Shown here: one piece after another, positions 12,271-25,109 of the stretch | Position numbering within the stretch: the first letter of the stretch is position 1 | Layout of the letters: each line of letters opens with the position of its first letter | Source: Chiloscyllium plagiosum | Taxonomy: Eukaryota | Reading direction: 5' to 3' | Length of the DNA: 64,000 bases | NCBI RefSeq assembly: GCF_004010195.1 | Contig: NC_057720.1 | Span: 29,789,631-29,853,630, forward strand | Notes under the pieces: generated by a model | Seen by the model: only the letters and a program-made list of their open reading frames with translations | Databases searched by the model: none | What the model was told of the DNA's origin: nothing | Position numbers and translations under genes: made by a program

Positions 12271-13199
12271 CGAGGATCAATGTGTTAAGAAGCCATCAAC
12301 CTTGGATTCTTCAGCTCTTAGACATTCCATCATTTCAATTTGAAATTCGGGATTCAGTGTTTAAATAATCATGCATTTTTTCTCAGCACAATATGTAATC
12401 CATGAACAAATTATACAGGAAGCAGGATGTGATTTAAACCATATGGCATCACAAGCATGGTCTAATAGGAGAGGTCAGGGTTCATGTGATGGGTGATGGG
12501 AATTTATACACGCCCCTTATCTTTGGGAAAGCCTCCTTCGCACTATTTTAACTTGTTCATCTAGTCCATGCTCCTCAGCCACAAGGATCTCTCTAAATGA
12601 TATTAAAAAGGAACAAGCATGAAATGCCAGCTAGTGAATCAAACATTTCCCATTTTCTCCATCTACAACTTACAGATATACAATAAACCCCCAGTTGAAA
12701 TCCCTATCCCCAATAACCCACCAACAGCATGGGAGAGGCAGAAGCTTCTTTTGAGTATACCTCTGAATTTTGAATATATTAATTTCTTTGCATTCCTGAA
12801 AGCACCAGTAACATGTTGGATATGCTCACTTCCTTTATACAGGGGAAAGCAATGTACCCTTGCATATTCATGGTAGGGAAGCAATCCAACAATTGCCTGA
12901 TAGTGTAATGGCTTAAAATGAGGATTTAAGCAATTAAGACGAAATGTTTAATATCTTATAGTGTTAGGAACCAGAGATTATCAATACCCAACTTCCATCA
13001 TCTAATTTTTATAGCTTCATGGACTAAAGTGATTTTTAAAGAGGACAAATACTAAAATGGATGCTGTGATTATCTGAACACAGACTGAGGCAGGTTCAAG
13101 GAATCCATAAGAAACCAGCTGCATTGAAATTGCCATTTCATCCAAAAGCAGTGAAGTCAGCTTCAAGAAACTCACATAAAAGAAAAGTATTGCAGATGC

Positions 13200-14225
13200 A
13201 GATTCCCAAATACATCTTCCCCCCTCCTACATTGCCAGCATTCCTCAGGGACTATTCTCTCTGTGACACCCTGGTCCACTCCTAACACATTCTCAACCAC
13301 AAACCCCATCCCCTCTACACCACTGTGGCTCCTTCCCATGTAAATAGCAGCAGCTGCATTTTTTTAATCTCCTTCTTAAATGCTCTTCTAGGTCCTAAAT
13401 GCACCGTGTACGTGAAGCAGTGATTTATTTGTACTTCTTTGAACCTAGTCTACTATATTTGTTGCTCACAGCGTGTCCTCCTTTACATTGGTGAGACTAA
13501 CTCCAGACTTGCTGACCACTTTGTGGATCTCCTCTGTTCATAGGAATATCCCACAGCTTCCAGTCATTTGTGATTTCAATAAACCATCTTGCTTCCATGC
13601 TAACAATTCTGCTCTTAGCCTGCTGCAAAGTTTCAAGGAAGTCCAATGTGATCTGAACAAACAACACCACATTTTTTTGCAGTCACTTTATAGTCTTCAG
13701 GACTCAACATTGAGTTCCTTAAGAGCATGAATACTGTCTTCCATTTTGATTAGATTCCTCCTCCCCTCTCTCCAGGATCTTGTCAGCATGAGTTTGCCTT
13801 CTACGGAGTTGATCTATTTTCTGTTATTAATACCTACTATCAACGCCTATCCTTCATCAACTTACCATTAGCACCCCCTTTGCCTTTTGTTCTGGACACC
13901 CTCACCATCTGTGCTATATGCTTTTTCTCCCTCTTTGTCAACAACATAATAACCATTGTTTTGCAGTCCCCCCCCCGACCTNNNNNNNNNNNNNNNNNNN
14001 NNNNNNNNNNNNNNNNNNNNNNNNNNNNNNNNNNNNNNNNNNNNNNNNNNNNNNNNNNNNGGACCTGTTTATCCCACCCCACAACCCCCGCCACCCCCCC
14101 ACAACCCGCCGTCAGTTCTGAAGAATTATCATATTGGGCACAAAATGTTAACTTTGTTTCTGTTACCAAACTGGCCGACTGTCTCCAGCACTTTCTATTT
14201 TCATTTCACAAGCATCACATCCTCT
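13200..14225 (+). mobile_element. Decayed Neptune-type PLE 3' half (GIY-YIG region and tail)
   Basis: Colinear with 5090-5930: GCATTCCTCAGGGACTATTCTCTCTGTGACACCCTGGTC, and LVYYICCSQRVLLYIGET at ~13445-13498. Terminal TTCTGAAGAATT...AAAATGTTAACT motif. Confidence 0.7.
13982..14060. other. Assembly gap (79 N)
   Basis: Run of N flanked by C-rich low-complexity sequence. Confidence 1.
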
Positions 14226-14879
14226 GCAATATAAGTCTATTTAGAAGATGAAAGGCTGCCTACAGTATATTCAGCTTGACACGGTAATGGTTTCTAGACT
14301 TGGGAAGATCCAAATGGGCCAGTGTTCAGTTGTTTTGCCTGGCAGAGCAGAGAGTGAAGAGTGTGGTTTCATAACAACAGAACTGGGAGGGCTTTCCCTC
14401 CATTTCTTCCTGCTTGTTCCTTATCATGTTTCAAAAGATACTGTGAAAAAGCAATTTGTAAAAAGAACTTAAGATTGTACAAATCTGATTATTGATGAGG
14501 AAATAACTAAACAGTCAAAGGCTCAGGCTTTACTGTCACAATTCAGGACTCTCAGAACATTAAACTACATCTGTACTTAACATGCTGCTACCCTGTTAAA
14601 ATTTATTATCTGGTTGTGACTTCTTGTTTGATGTTTTGGGGGATAGCAGGTAATAAATTTCCTCTTTCTTTCACTCAAGAAAATCTTGGAATTGCCTCCT
14701 TCCTTTTGATCCAGTCAAATCATTTTTAAATGAAGTGCGATAGCTGTACTCTAAAAAGATTTTTTTTTGCAATTGGCTAAGGAAGAGTTAATAATAGGGG
14801 AGTTGTTCTCCCCTCCCCATCTGATCATAATAAATATTGTACAGATTAGATGCAGAGATTAAATTTATGCTACATGTTG

Positions 14880-15215
14880 TTTATTCTTCAATGGGATGTC
14901 AGTGCTACTGCATTAGTCACCCATTCCTAATTCTCTTTGAGCTGAGGCCTTTTCAGAGGGCAGATACAAATCAACCACATTGCCGTGGTATGGAGTGTAA
15001 TGTAGACTAGAGCAGTTACGGACGGTGAATTTCCTTCCCTCAATGTTATGGTGAACTAAACGAGTTTTTCTACACTTACGACAGTTACCTGCTTACCATT
15101 AGACTAGTGTTTAATTCCAGATTTTAGATTGAATTCAAGTTTCAATATTTGCTATGGTAGATTCAAACCCAGCACATTAGACTGGGGCTCTGGTCTAGTA
15201 ACATTGCCATTATCT
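14880..15215 (-). mobile_element. Decayed tRNA-SINE with CR1-like tail (same family as 25680)
   Basis: Reverse-complement similarity to 25680-26016 (AATCAACCACATTGC, TTTCCTTCCCT, TTAATTCCAGATTTT, GATTCAAACCC). Confidence 0.6.
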
Positions 15216-16629
15216 TGTTCCTTCACTTGGGAAATTGACATTCATGATTATTGAAGTGCGAACTCAGAGAATGATCATCTCTCGATCACCATCTGTTAGT
15301 GTGTGCAAATCTCCCTCCTTGGAAGAAATGAGGAACGTGGAAAGAAGGTTAACTACTTTTGGAGTTGACCTTGGAGAGACACATAATGTCAGCAATTATG
15401 TGCTCAGCAAGAAGTTCCCTTAACACCCCAGCAATTAAGGCTGTTATGTGGTCAACTAATGATTGCTTAAGAGTCTCAAGTGACTACTGGCTCAATTGCC
15501 AGCCTTCTATGTAGGCTTGAAAAGTTGTTGGTTTCCTTCCCTGAAAAACAGGGTGACCTGCATGTCAGGCCTCAATGTGCCTCAATGATGGGCCTCAATT
15601 TGCTTCAGTTTACTACATATTGGTGGCAGGATGAGGACAAGGACGGTGACCACTGAAAATTGCACCCTTGCCCTCGCATTTGAACCTTGCCCCCAGCTCC
15701 ACCCCACGAGAATTCTGAAGAGGGGTCATTGGATCTTAAAATGTTAACTCTGCTTTCACTCCACAGATGCTGCCAGACCTGGTTAGTTTTACCAGTAATT
15801 TATGTTTGTGTTTCTGATTTTCAGCATTTACAATTCTTTGCTTTTTTTGTAAGAGTGATCTCACTGACATATATGTGAAGACTCTATTTTCCCCTTCATC
15901 AAAACACTTTACTTTATGCTGTATTTTGAAACACCTGAAAGCACTTTACTAACACACTGTTACCGAACTCCATTCTCTTACAATCATCACGGATCTGTAT
16001 TGAGATTAAATGAAAGTATCAATTGAATCTTTCATTTTGTTTATTTTGAAATATATCAATGATGACTATATTTGTTTTTCTTTTCCAGTAGGTAGTTTCC
16101 ATTTTTTTCATTATTTTATTGATAGCTTGTTAACTAATTCTACACAGATTTTGAAAGACCCCAGCTAGGAGAGAATTTCACTCTGCTTCCCTCATCTGCT
16201 TGTCGCCTGAATAAACATGCTGTGTTGACTTTCACACTTTACTGAGGACTGCGGTTGCACAAAGAATGTTCTTCCCTTCAGAACAACTTCAAGAGATGTC
16301 AGGAATTGGCTGCTACCATTCCTCAAGACTTCACACCTCTATGATAATGTAATATGATGGTTCAACCAGCTTACACAGATTTATTCCCTTCCTCACAAAA
16401 ACATACCGATCTAGGTCAAATCAAATTGCAATGTACTCAAATCCTCAGAATGGTATCAGTTTTTAAATCAAAATATTGCTTTATGATCAAGATTATGTCT
16501 AAATCAGTATTTTTGTATATCCATCAGGTTTTCTTGGAGTAAACATGTGTTGTGGAAGTTTTGAACATGAATGTAAACAAGAATGTGATCAACTCACTGA
16601 AAAGGTTACTGTCTATCATTGCTACGTAG

Positions 16630-16992
16630 CCATCTGTAATTTAATTGGTCGCACTCTTACCTCTGATATTGTGAAAATTGTGGATTGAAGGTTCACTCTG
16701 TGGACTTGAGGACAAATTTCAAGGTTGCTGGGGGAGTTCTGCACTGTCAGAGACGCCATATTTCAGATGACATGTTGCAGTGAGGTCCTATTTGTCCTCT
16801 CAATTAGATGTAAACTTTCACATGGCACTAATTTCAATAAGAGTAGCGGAGTTATCTGTGGTGCTCTGATCAGTACTGATCCCTTAATCAACACTGCAAA
16901 AACAGATTATTTAGAAGGTATCACATTGTTCTTTCTGGTGTTACATTTTGTGTAACTTGCTGCTGGATTTCTTTGCATTGCAACAGTGACTA
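16630..16992 (+). mobile_element. Deu-domain SINE (SacSINE1/AmnSINE1-related)
   Basis: GCACTGTCAGAGACGCCATATTTCAGATGA...GATGTAAA..CATGGCACTAATTTC..AAGAGTAGCGGAGTT...AAAACAGATTAT...CATTGCAACAGTGACTA follows the Deu-domain consensus as I recall it. Confidence 0.75.
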
Positions 16993-17016
16993 GTCAACAC
17001 AAAGTATAAACAATGA

Positions 17017-17096
17017 TTCCTGATGAAGGGATTTTCCTGCCCCTCAGATGCTGCCTGACCTGCTGTGCTTTTCCAGCACCACTCTGATCTAAACAC
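17017..17096 (+). mobile_element. 80-bp PLE 3' terminal fragment with 15-bp TSD
   Basis: TTCCTGATGAAGGG...GATGCTGCCTGACCTGCTGTGCTTTTCCAGCACCACTCTGATCT flanked by AAGTATAAACAATGA at 17002-17016 and 17097-17111. Confidence 0.8.
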
Positions 17097-17111
17097 AAGT
17101 ATAAACAATGA

Positions 17112-17875
17112 ACAGATTGATGGAGTGGACACATTGGTGGCAGGTGAATTTCAATGCAGAGAAGTGTAGGTGATGCATTTTGTAGGAAGATCATTGAAAA
17201 ACAATGCAAAATAGAGATACAACTTTAAGAGGAGTGCTGGAGCAGAGGGACCTGGGTGTGTACGTAAACAGATCAGTGAAAGTGGCAGGTCAGGTAGAGA
17301 GAACAGTAATTAATGCATATGGTATCCCCAGCTATATTAAAAGGGGCATTGAGTACAAGTGTCTGTTGAGTACAAGGTAATGGTGAACTTGTATAAAGCT
17401 TGGTAGACCTCACCTGGAGTTTTGAGTGTAGTTCTGGGCACCACATAGTAGGAAGGATGTGAGCACACTGGAGAGAATGCTGAAGGGATTTACAAGAATG
17501 GTTCCAGTGATGAGAAACTTCAGTTTTGTATGTTGGGACTGTTCTCCTAGGAAAAAGAAGGCTAAGAGGTGGTCTGATAGAGACTTACAAAATTATATCC
17601 ATCCACCAGGCTGGATACAGTAGATGGGGTGAAATTGTTCCCTAGTGATTAAGGAACAAGAGCAAGAAAGCATGGATCTGTAAAAGAAGCAAGGATGAAG
17701 TGAAGGAAAACATTTTCACTCAACGAGTAGTTGGGGTGAGGAATGCACTGCCTGGAAACGTGGTGGAGTAAGGTTCAACTGAGCCATTCAAGAGGACATT
17801 GGATGATTATTTGGTTAAAAGGATATATGCAAGGATATGGAGAAAAAAAACTGGAAATTGGCACTAAGTAATGAT
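17112..17875 (+). mobile_element. Old CR1 LINE 3' portion
   Basis: Decayed motifs WQVNFNAEKCRVMHF, RPHLEF..FWAP, FTRMVP and FTQRVVGVRNALP. Confidence 0.85.
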
Positions 17876-18129
17876 GCAACATGACCGGGACAGTTTTCAG
17901 GTTTAGTAAATCACATGTACTGCTTGTACCATGCAAGTTATAAAGAGGGACGCTAAACCACTCCCCTTGCTATTTCACTGCATTCCCATTTCCAAACTCC
18001 CAATGGTCGTATTCCTGGATGGAATTGGCAAAATACCCAACTAAGCAAGACAAATAAACACCATGGTCACTAGATCAAGTCAGACATCGTGTATTCTGTG
18101 GGAACTGTCTCATTTGTTGACATCCCAAA

Positions 18130-18770
18130 GTATTTCTGTCATCTGCAAGTCAAGTGTGTGATGGAATGCTCTCAACTTGCCAGGTGAGTGCAGTTTCAGC
18201 AACAATCCAGAAACTCAGTAATATCCAGGACAAATCAAAAAGCCCATTGAAAGACAATACAAAATAGAGATACAATTCTAAGAGATGTGCAGGAGCAGAG
18301 GGTCCTGGGTGTAAACAGACCAGTGAAAGTGGCAAGACAGGTAGAGAGAGCAGTAATTAATGCATACAGTGTCCCCATCTTTATTAAAAGAGGCATTGAG
18401 TACAAGAGCCTGTTGAGTACAAGGTGATGTTGAATTTGTATAAAACATGTAAGACCTCACTTGGAGTGTGGACAAAGCAGATTTTCTGATAACCTTGCAC
18501 CACATTAAACATTTATTCCCTGCACTGCAAACATACCATCACGTAGTTTGTATTATCCATAGTATACACTGCAGTAAGTCAACAAGGCTTCTTTTTCAGA
18601 ATCTTCCAAAACAGTGACTTCCACTATCTAGAAGAACACGAAAAGCAGATGCATGGGAACACTGTTGCAGATTTCATCCAAATCGCACACCATTCTGATC
18701 TGGAAGTATGTTGCTGTTTCTTCTTGTTACTAGGTTCAATTCCTGGTACTCCCTACCCAAAATGTTCCAC
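18130..18770 (+). mobile_element. CR1 family-B 3' fragment interrupted by a local copy of 17192-17420
   Basis: ATCTGCAAGTCAAGTGTGTGATGGAATGCTCTCAACTTGCC...ATCCAGGACAAA matches the reverse complement of 22480-22570. The match resumes at 18470. Confidence 0.7.
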
Positions 18771-19162
18771 CTAACAATACTATTGACATTAGTCTGTTCT
18801 GGTATTTTGAGTAGATTAGTTTCATTACAATGGACACATTTATCTCCCAGTCTAATATACTTCCAGTAGTAAATCAAGGGACTGAACATTTTAGAGTTTG
18901 AATGTTTGTACAGTGGAAATTATCTGGACATAATTGATTAGGCCAGGTTACCTTCACACTCATTTTCACTTTAAGATTAAAAATAAGTTATTCTTGAACA
19001 TGTCACATAAAACAGGGCACTAATTTATTGGAAAAGATTTTCCAAAGCTTAGCTGGTACACAAGAAAGCTCAGTTGAGAGAGAGAGAAAAAAAGTACAGA
19101 AAATTACATATATACTATACTGCACTGAGATTGATAGAATAATAATAACATCATCTCTTCCT

Positions 19163-19261
19163 GGCATTACGGTCATTACCAGCCCTAAGGGTCTCATTAC
19201 CATCTCTCGCTTCACTCAAGCCTGAAATGGCCACCTCAGGGTCGGTAATGACCATAATACC
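19163..19261. repeat. Hairpin-forming ancient repeat, MER135-like
   Basis: GGCATTACGGTCATTACC (19163-19180) pairs with GGTAATGACCATAATACC (19244-19261), and pairing extends inward (GCCCTAAGG/CCTCAGGGT). The family assignment is from memory. Confidence 0.6.
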
Positions 19262-19961
19262 TGAAGCAAACTCATCGTTTTGTTGTATAGAATCTGCTTC
19301 CAACAAAGCAGAGTCACAGAAAATTTTCACATGTAAACAAGATGGAAGTACTACTTCTGATGATAGCTTGGAGTGCAAACCACTCCTCCACTGAACTAAA
19401 ATAAGTGTCGTTTTTATTTCCCATTAGCCAGTTTTCTATTGGAATATTAATCTTTCAGTATCTAACTGACAGTCAGTCAAAATATTAATGTGTCAAACTG
19501 TGTTTGATACAGGTTTAGTACACTGTTGGCAACAATACTTTATCTCTGAGTAATGCTACAGCATTCCAAATATTAGAATAGGTTGACTTAAAGTTAACAA
19601 TACAAGTTTAATTTTATTTGAAGTCCTGTAAAGGATTTTTAAATCTTTTCAGACCCTTGTTGCATTTATACAGACATGCTCACTGCATGTCAATCTTATC
19701 ATATTATGTATGCAGACAGACTGCAATTTTTTGCTTTTCAAATACATATTCTACTCCCTGCTGAAAATTTCTATTGAATCTACTTCCTTCAGCCCTTCTG
19801 TATTTATACTTCCATAACATAACCACTCACAATGTAAGAAAGAGGAATTTTTTTTTTTAAAAGTGGCTATCTGGTGCTGTGAGCAATCAGCAGCAGCAGA
19901 TTTGTACTTACCAGAATGTGTAATTCCATTTCAAAGTGTATCTTTCATTCAACAATTACCA

Positions 19962-20282
19962 CGGCGCGGTGGCTCAGTAGTTAGCACTGCTACCTCACAG
20001 CGCCAGAATCCCGGGTTCGATTACAGCCTCGGGTGACTGTCTGTGTGGAGTTTGCACATTCTCCCCGTGTCTGCATGGGCTTCCTCCGGGTGCTCCGGTT
20101 TCCTCCCACAGTCCAAAGATGTGCAGGTTAGGTGAATTGGCGAAGCTAAATTGCCCGTAGTGTTAGGTGAAGGGGTAAATGTAGGGGAATAGGTCTGGGT
20201 GGGTTGCTCTTCGGAGGGTCAGTGTGGACTTGTTGGGCCAAAAGGCCTGTTTCCATACTGTAAGTAATCTAATCTAATCTAA
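19962..20282 (+). mobile_element. HE1-type SINE, full length
   Basis: A-box TGGCTCAGTAGTTAG, B-box GGTTCGATTAC, central TGTGTGGAGTTTGCACATTCTCCCCGTGTCTGC domain and (AATCT)n tail. Confidence 0.95.
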
Positions 20283-20299
20283 CCACAATGACAGAGATC

Positions 20300-20965
20300 A
20301 GTTCTCGATCAATGAGAAGGCCATATGAAGAGCAGCACTGAAAAGCAGGTGTTGACTTGGTGAAGATACAACAAGAATGCAAAAGTGGAAGCTACATGTT
20401 ATACATAGAGGACATCAGGTCAGATGCAAGCTCTGCAGTTCTCCAAATCCAGGGGTGCGTGGTGGAGACCAACTAAACAACTAAATGGAGGAGGAAATTC
20501 AATGAACCAGTTCATCCTCAATGAAGACAGAACTCAATACATGAGTGAACAGGACAACGCTGAAGAATTTGGAACCATCTTCAGCCTGAAGTGCTGAATG
20601 ATGATCCATCTTGGTGTCCTTCTGACATTCCCACCATCACAGATGGCAGTCATTAACCAATGCAATTCACTTCATGAGCTATGAAACAACTGAGTTCATT
20701 GAATGTAGCAAAGGCCACAGGGCCTGACAACATCCTCATTGCACTGTTGAATATTTCCACTTCAGAACAAAATATTCCTCTAGCAAGTTATTCCTGCACC
20801 TGTACATCTACAATAAAGGTGCTTCTTCAAAAAAGGCGAACACTGCCCAAGGCACGCCCTATCCACAAACAGCAGGAAAAATCCAACCTGCGTAATTACT
20901 GGCCAATCAGTCTACTCTCATCTGGCAGTGAATAAGTGGAAGGTGTCTTCGACAATGCTGTTGAG
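20300..20965 (+). mobile_element. CR1 family-B internal fragment (upstream of the RT core)
   Basis: KQLSSLNVAKATGPDNI...PIHKQQEKSNLRNYWPISLLS is a LINE RT N-terminal motif set. Confidence 0.8.
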
Positions 20966-21218
20966 TTAATCACCAGTATTGGATCTGTGCTAAATATATA
21001 TTTAACACACTGAAAGTGCCATATTACATGCCAAAAGATATCCTTAGTGTGAAGATGAAACTTGTTTTCCACAAAGACTGTGCAGTGGTCACACTTACCA
21101 ACATTGATAGTTGCATCTCTAACTTTAGATTAATGAGGGTGAAGTCAAATATGTATTTTATTTGGATCGATTCCTTTGTCATAGGCCCAATCTTGAACAT
21201 TTGTCCATTAGGATTCAG

Positions 21219-21404
21219 AGCTGAAAATGTGTTGCTGGAAAAGCGCAGCAGGTCAGGCAGCATCCAAGGAGCAGGAGAATCGACGTTTCGGGCATGAGCC
21301 CTTCTTCCTTCTCCTGCTCCTTGGATGCTGCCTGACCTGCTGCGCTTTTCCAGCAACACATTTTCAGCTCTGATCTCCAGCATCTGCAGTCCTCACTTTC
21401 TCCT
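21219..21404. mobile_element. Young PLE-terminus hairpin (family A) with 11-bp TSD, inserted in a CR1-B remnant
   Basis: Inverted arms AGCTGAAAATGTGTTGCTGGAAAAGCGCAGCAGGTCAGGCAGCATCCAAGGAGCAGGAGAA and its exact complement. TTAGGATTCAG occurs at 21208-21218 and 21405-21415. Confidence 0.88.
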
Positions 21405-21617
21405 TTAGGATTCAGCCAGGTTTGTCATGAATCGAGTGATCAGGCTACAATAATGCATTAGTGATCTACAGTGAATTTCCCCACTCAAAGTACATTCTGA
21501 GCCCTTGTTATAATCAATATTCCTTCCAAAAGATGCTCAGCACAGAGGAGTATTGACAGAAGGCTTTAGATGGTAAAAAGTAGAAGATTTCCTTGCTCAT
21601 GTTTGAGATCCAGACAG

Positions 21618-22075
21618 AAATTCTGCAGATGCTGGAATCCAAGGTAAATAGTCAGGAGGCAGGAATAACACAGTAAGCCACGCAGCATCAGGAGGTGGAG
21701 AAGTGGACATTTTGGGTATAACCCTTCTTCAGGACTGGGGTTGGGTGTACGGAGAGCTGCAGATAAAGGGGCTGGTGGGGATAGGGTCGTGAAGTGGGGA
21801 AAGATGAAGACAGGTAGAGGGTATGACTTGGTTGGTTGGTGGGAGGGATGAATCTGGTAGGTGGCTGGGAGAAATGAGAGGGAGGGGCAGGAGCTGGAAA
21901 AGGAGTTGGGCGATGGGAAGGGAGATTAATTAAAATTGGAGAACTCAGTGTTTAGTCCTCTGGGCTATAGCCTGCCCAGGCGGATGATGACGTGTTGCTC
22001 CTCCAATTTGTGGTTCAATTCATTATAATGGAGGATGCCAAGGATGGTCATGTCGGATAGGAAGTGCGAAAATGA
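21618..22075 (-). mobile_element. Neptune-type PLE 3' end
   Basis: Minus ORF end HKLEEQHVIIRLGRL matches RRLEEGHLIFRLGTL. It is followed by a C-rich UTR and the terminal motif CCTGAAGAAGGGTTATACCCAAAATGTC. Confidence 0.8.
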
Positions 22076-24960
22076 ATTAAAATGGGCGTTGCTCGCTGGC
22101 CAGCATTTATTGCCTTTTCCTGGTTGCCCTTGAGAAGGTGGCGGTGAGCTGTCATCTTGAACTGCTGTAGTCCACCTGTTGTGGATTGACCCAGAATGAC
22201 ATTTGGAAGGAAAATTCAGAATAGTGAAGGAATAGTGATGTATTTCCAACTCAGAATAGTTAGTGGCTTGGAGGGCAACTTGAAGGTGGTGGTGTTCCAA
22301 TGTATCCGCTGCCTTTATCCTTCTTGATGGAATTGTTTATGGGTTTGGAAGGTGCTCCCTGAGGATCTTTGGTGAATTTCTGCAGTGCATCTTGTAGATA
22401 GTATACACTGCTGCTTCTGAGTGTTGGTGTTAGAGGGAGTGGATGCTTGTAAATTTGGTGCCAATCAAGCATGCTTCTTTGTCCTGGATGGTGTCAAGCT
22501 TCTTGAGTGTTATTGGAGCTCCTGCCATCCAGGCAAATGGGGAGTATTCCATCACACTCCTGACTTGTGCCTTTTAGAGATCAGGAAGTGAGTTACTTCC
22601 TGCAGCAGCATACCTAGCCTCTGACTTGCTCTTGTAGCCATTGTGTTTATGTGGTGAATCTAATTGAGTTTCTGGTCAATGATAACACCAGAATGTTGAT
22701 AGTGGCAGATTCAGTAATAGTAACACCTTTGAATGTCAAGGGACAGTGATTAGATTGTCTGTTATTGGTGATGGTCATAGAATGGCATTTGTGTGGCACA
22801 AATGTTACTTGCCATTTGTCAGCTGAAGTCTGGATATTGTCCAGATCTTGTTGCATTTGATCATAGACTGCTTCAGTGTCTGAGGAGCTGCAAATGGTGC
22901 TGAATATTGTGCAATCATAGGTGAACATCCTCACTTCTGACCTTATAATATAGGGAAGGTCATTGATGAAGCAACCGAAGATGTTTGGACCGTGGACTAT
23001 GCTGAGGAACTACTACAGAAATGTCCTGGAGCTGGGATGACTGACCTCCAACAATCACAATCATTGTCATGTGTGCCAGGTATGACTCCAACCAGTGGAG
23101 AGTTTATCCCCGATACCCATTGATCCTAGTTTTGTTCAAGCTGCTTGATACCACACTCAGTCAAATGCAGCTTCAATGTCAAGGGCTGTCACTCTCACCT
23201 CACTTTTGAACCAAGGCTGTAATGAGATGAGGAGCTGGGTGACCCTCGCGAAACCCAAACTGGGTGTCACTGAGCAGGTTATTGCTGAGAAGGTACTGCT
23301 TGATGATACTGTTGATAATACCTTCCATCACTTTACTGATGATCAAGAGTGGACTGATGGGGAGGATTTGTCCTGTTTTTTATGTACAGGACATACTTGG
23401 GCAATTTTCCACATTGTTGGGTAGATACCAGTGTTGTAATTATACTGGAACAGCTTGGCTGGGGGAGTGGCAAGTTCTGAAGCACAAGTCTTCAGTACTA
23501 TTGCAAGAATGTTGTTAGGACCCAAACCTTTGCAATATTCCATGTCTCCAACCATTTCTTGATGTCACGTGGCATTAATCAAATTGGCTGAAGACTGGTA
23601 TCTGTAATGCTGGGGACCACTGGATGAAGCCGAGGTGGATCATCCACTCAGCACTTCTGGCTGAAGATTGCTGTGATTGCTTCAGCCTCAGTTTTGCACT
23701 GATCTCTTCCATCATTGAGGATGGGGATGTTTGTGGAGCCTCCTCGTCCAGTCAGTTGTTACGTTGTCCACTGCCATTCACAACTGGATGTGGCAGGACT
23801 GCAGAGCTTAGATCTAATCTGTTGGCTGTGGGATTACATAGCTCTGTCTATCAGTTGCTTGTGCTGTTTGGCATGCAAGTAGTCCTGTTTGGTGGCTTCA
23901 CCAAGTGGTCAATTTGGTGCCACCTCATCTTCAGGTATACCTGGTGCTGCTCCTGGCATATCCTCCTGCACTCTCCATTAAACTTGATGGTAATGGTTGA
24001 GTGAGGGATATGCCAAGCCATGTGGTTACAGATTGTGCTGGAGTGCAATTCTGCTGCTGTTGACAGCTCACAGTGCCCCATGGATGTCCAGTTGGGATCT
24101 GTTTGAATTCTGTCCCATTTGGCATGGTTACAGTGCCACATAACATGTTGGAGGTTATTCTCAATGTGAAGGCAGGGTTTTGTTTCCACAAGGACTGAGT
24201 GGCCGTCACTCTTACTAATATTGTCATGGACAGATGCATCTGCAGACAGGATATTGGTAAGGGTGAGGCCAAGTATGTTTTTTTATCTTGTTGATTCCCT
24301 CACCACCTGTTGCAAACCCAATCTCGCAACTAGTCCTTTAGGACTTGACCAGGTCAATCAGTAATACTGCTGCCAAGCCACACTTAGTCTTAGACATTGA
24401 AATTCCCCACCTCAACAATATTCTGTGCCCTTGCCATCCTCAGTGCTTCCTCGATGTGTTGTTCAACATGGAGGAATATTGATTCATCAGCCAAGAGTGT
24501 GGTAATCAGCAGGAGGTTTTCTTGCTCATGTTTAACCTGAAGCCACAAGAATTCCTGGGGTCCAGAGTCAATGTTTATGAATCCCAGGGCAACTCCCTCT
24601 TGACTGTATTCCACGATGTCACCATCTCTGCTGAGTCTGTCCTGCCATTATGGTGGTGGTGTCTGGGACATTGTCTGTGAGGTATGATTCCATCAGCATG
24701 GTTATATCAGGCTGTAGTCTGACTAGTCTGTGAGACAGCTCTCCCAATTTTAACGTTATCCATGTTAGTGAGGAGGACTTTACAGGGTCAATAGGCTTGT
24801 TTCTGGCATTATCTTTTCTGGTCCCCAGGTCAAAGACAAGTGGTCAATCTGGTTTCATTTCTTTGAGAGATTGTAGTGATTGATATAAGTGAATGGCTTA
24901 CTAGGCTATTTCAGACGGCAATTGAGAGTCTGCAGCATTGCTTTGGGATCTGGAAGACTT
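22076..24960 (-). mobile_element. CR1-clade LINE family B, ~2.9 kb remnant with endonuclease (EN), RT and 3' UTR
   Basis: EN-like ARAQNIVEVGNFNV. RT-like GPNNILAIVLKTCASELATPPAKLFQYNYNTGIYPTMWKIAQVCPVHKKQDKS and RMFTYDCTIF...QQDLDNIQTSADKWQVTFVPHKC. 3' UTR with AATAAATGCTGGCCAGC. Confidence 0.9.
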
Positions 24961-25109
24961 GAGTGAACCAGATGAGTTTGATGACAAACTCATTGGTATC
25001 ATTGGTTTTATTGGTATCTTTGCTGACACTGGATTTTGTTTGAATTCTCCAATTGTTTAACCAACATAATTTAAATACCTTAGCTGTCGTGAACTGTTGT
25101 CTCCGGATT

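Noticed and set aside
13840..14251. ORFs spanning 13982-14060
   Set aside because: Artefacts of translating through the N gap.
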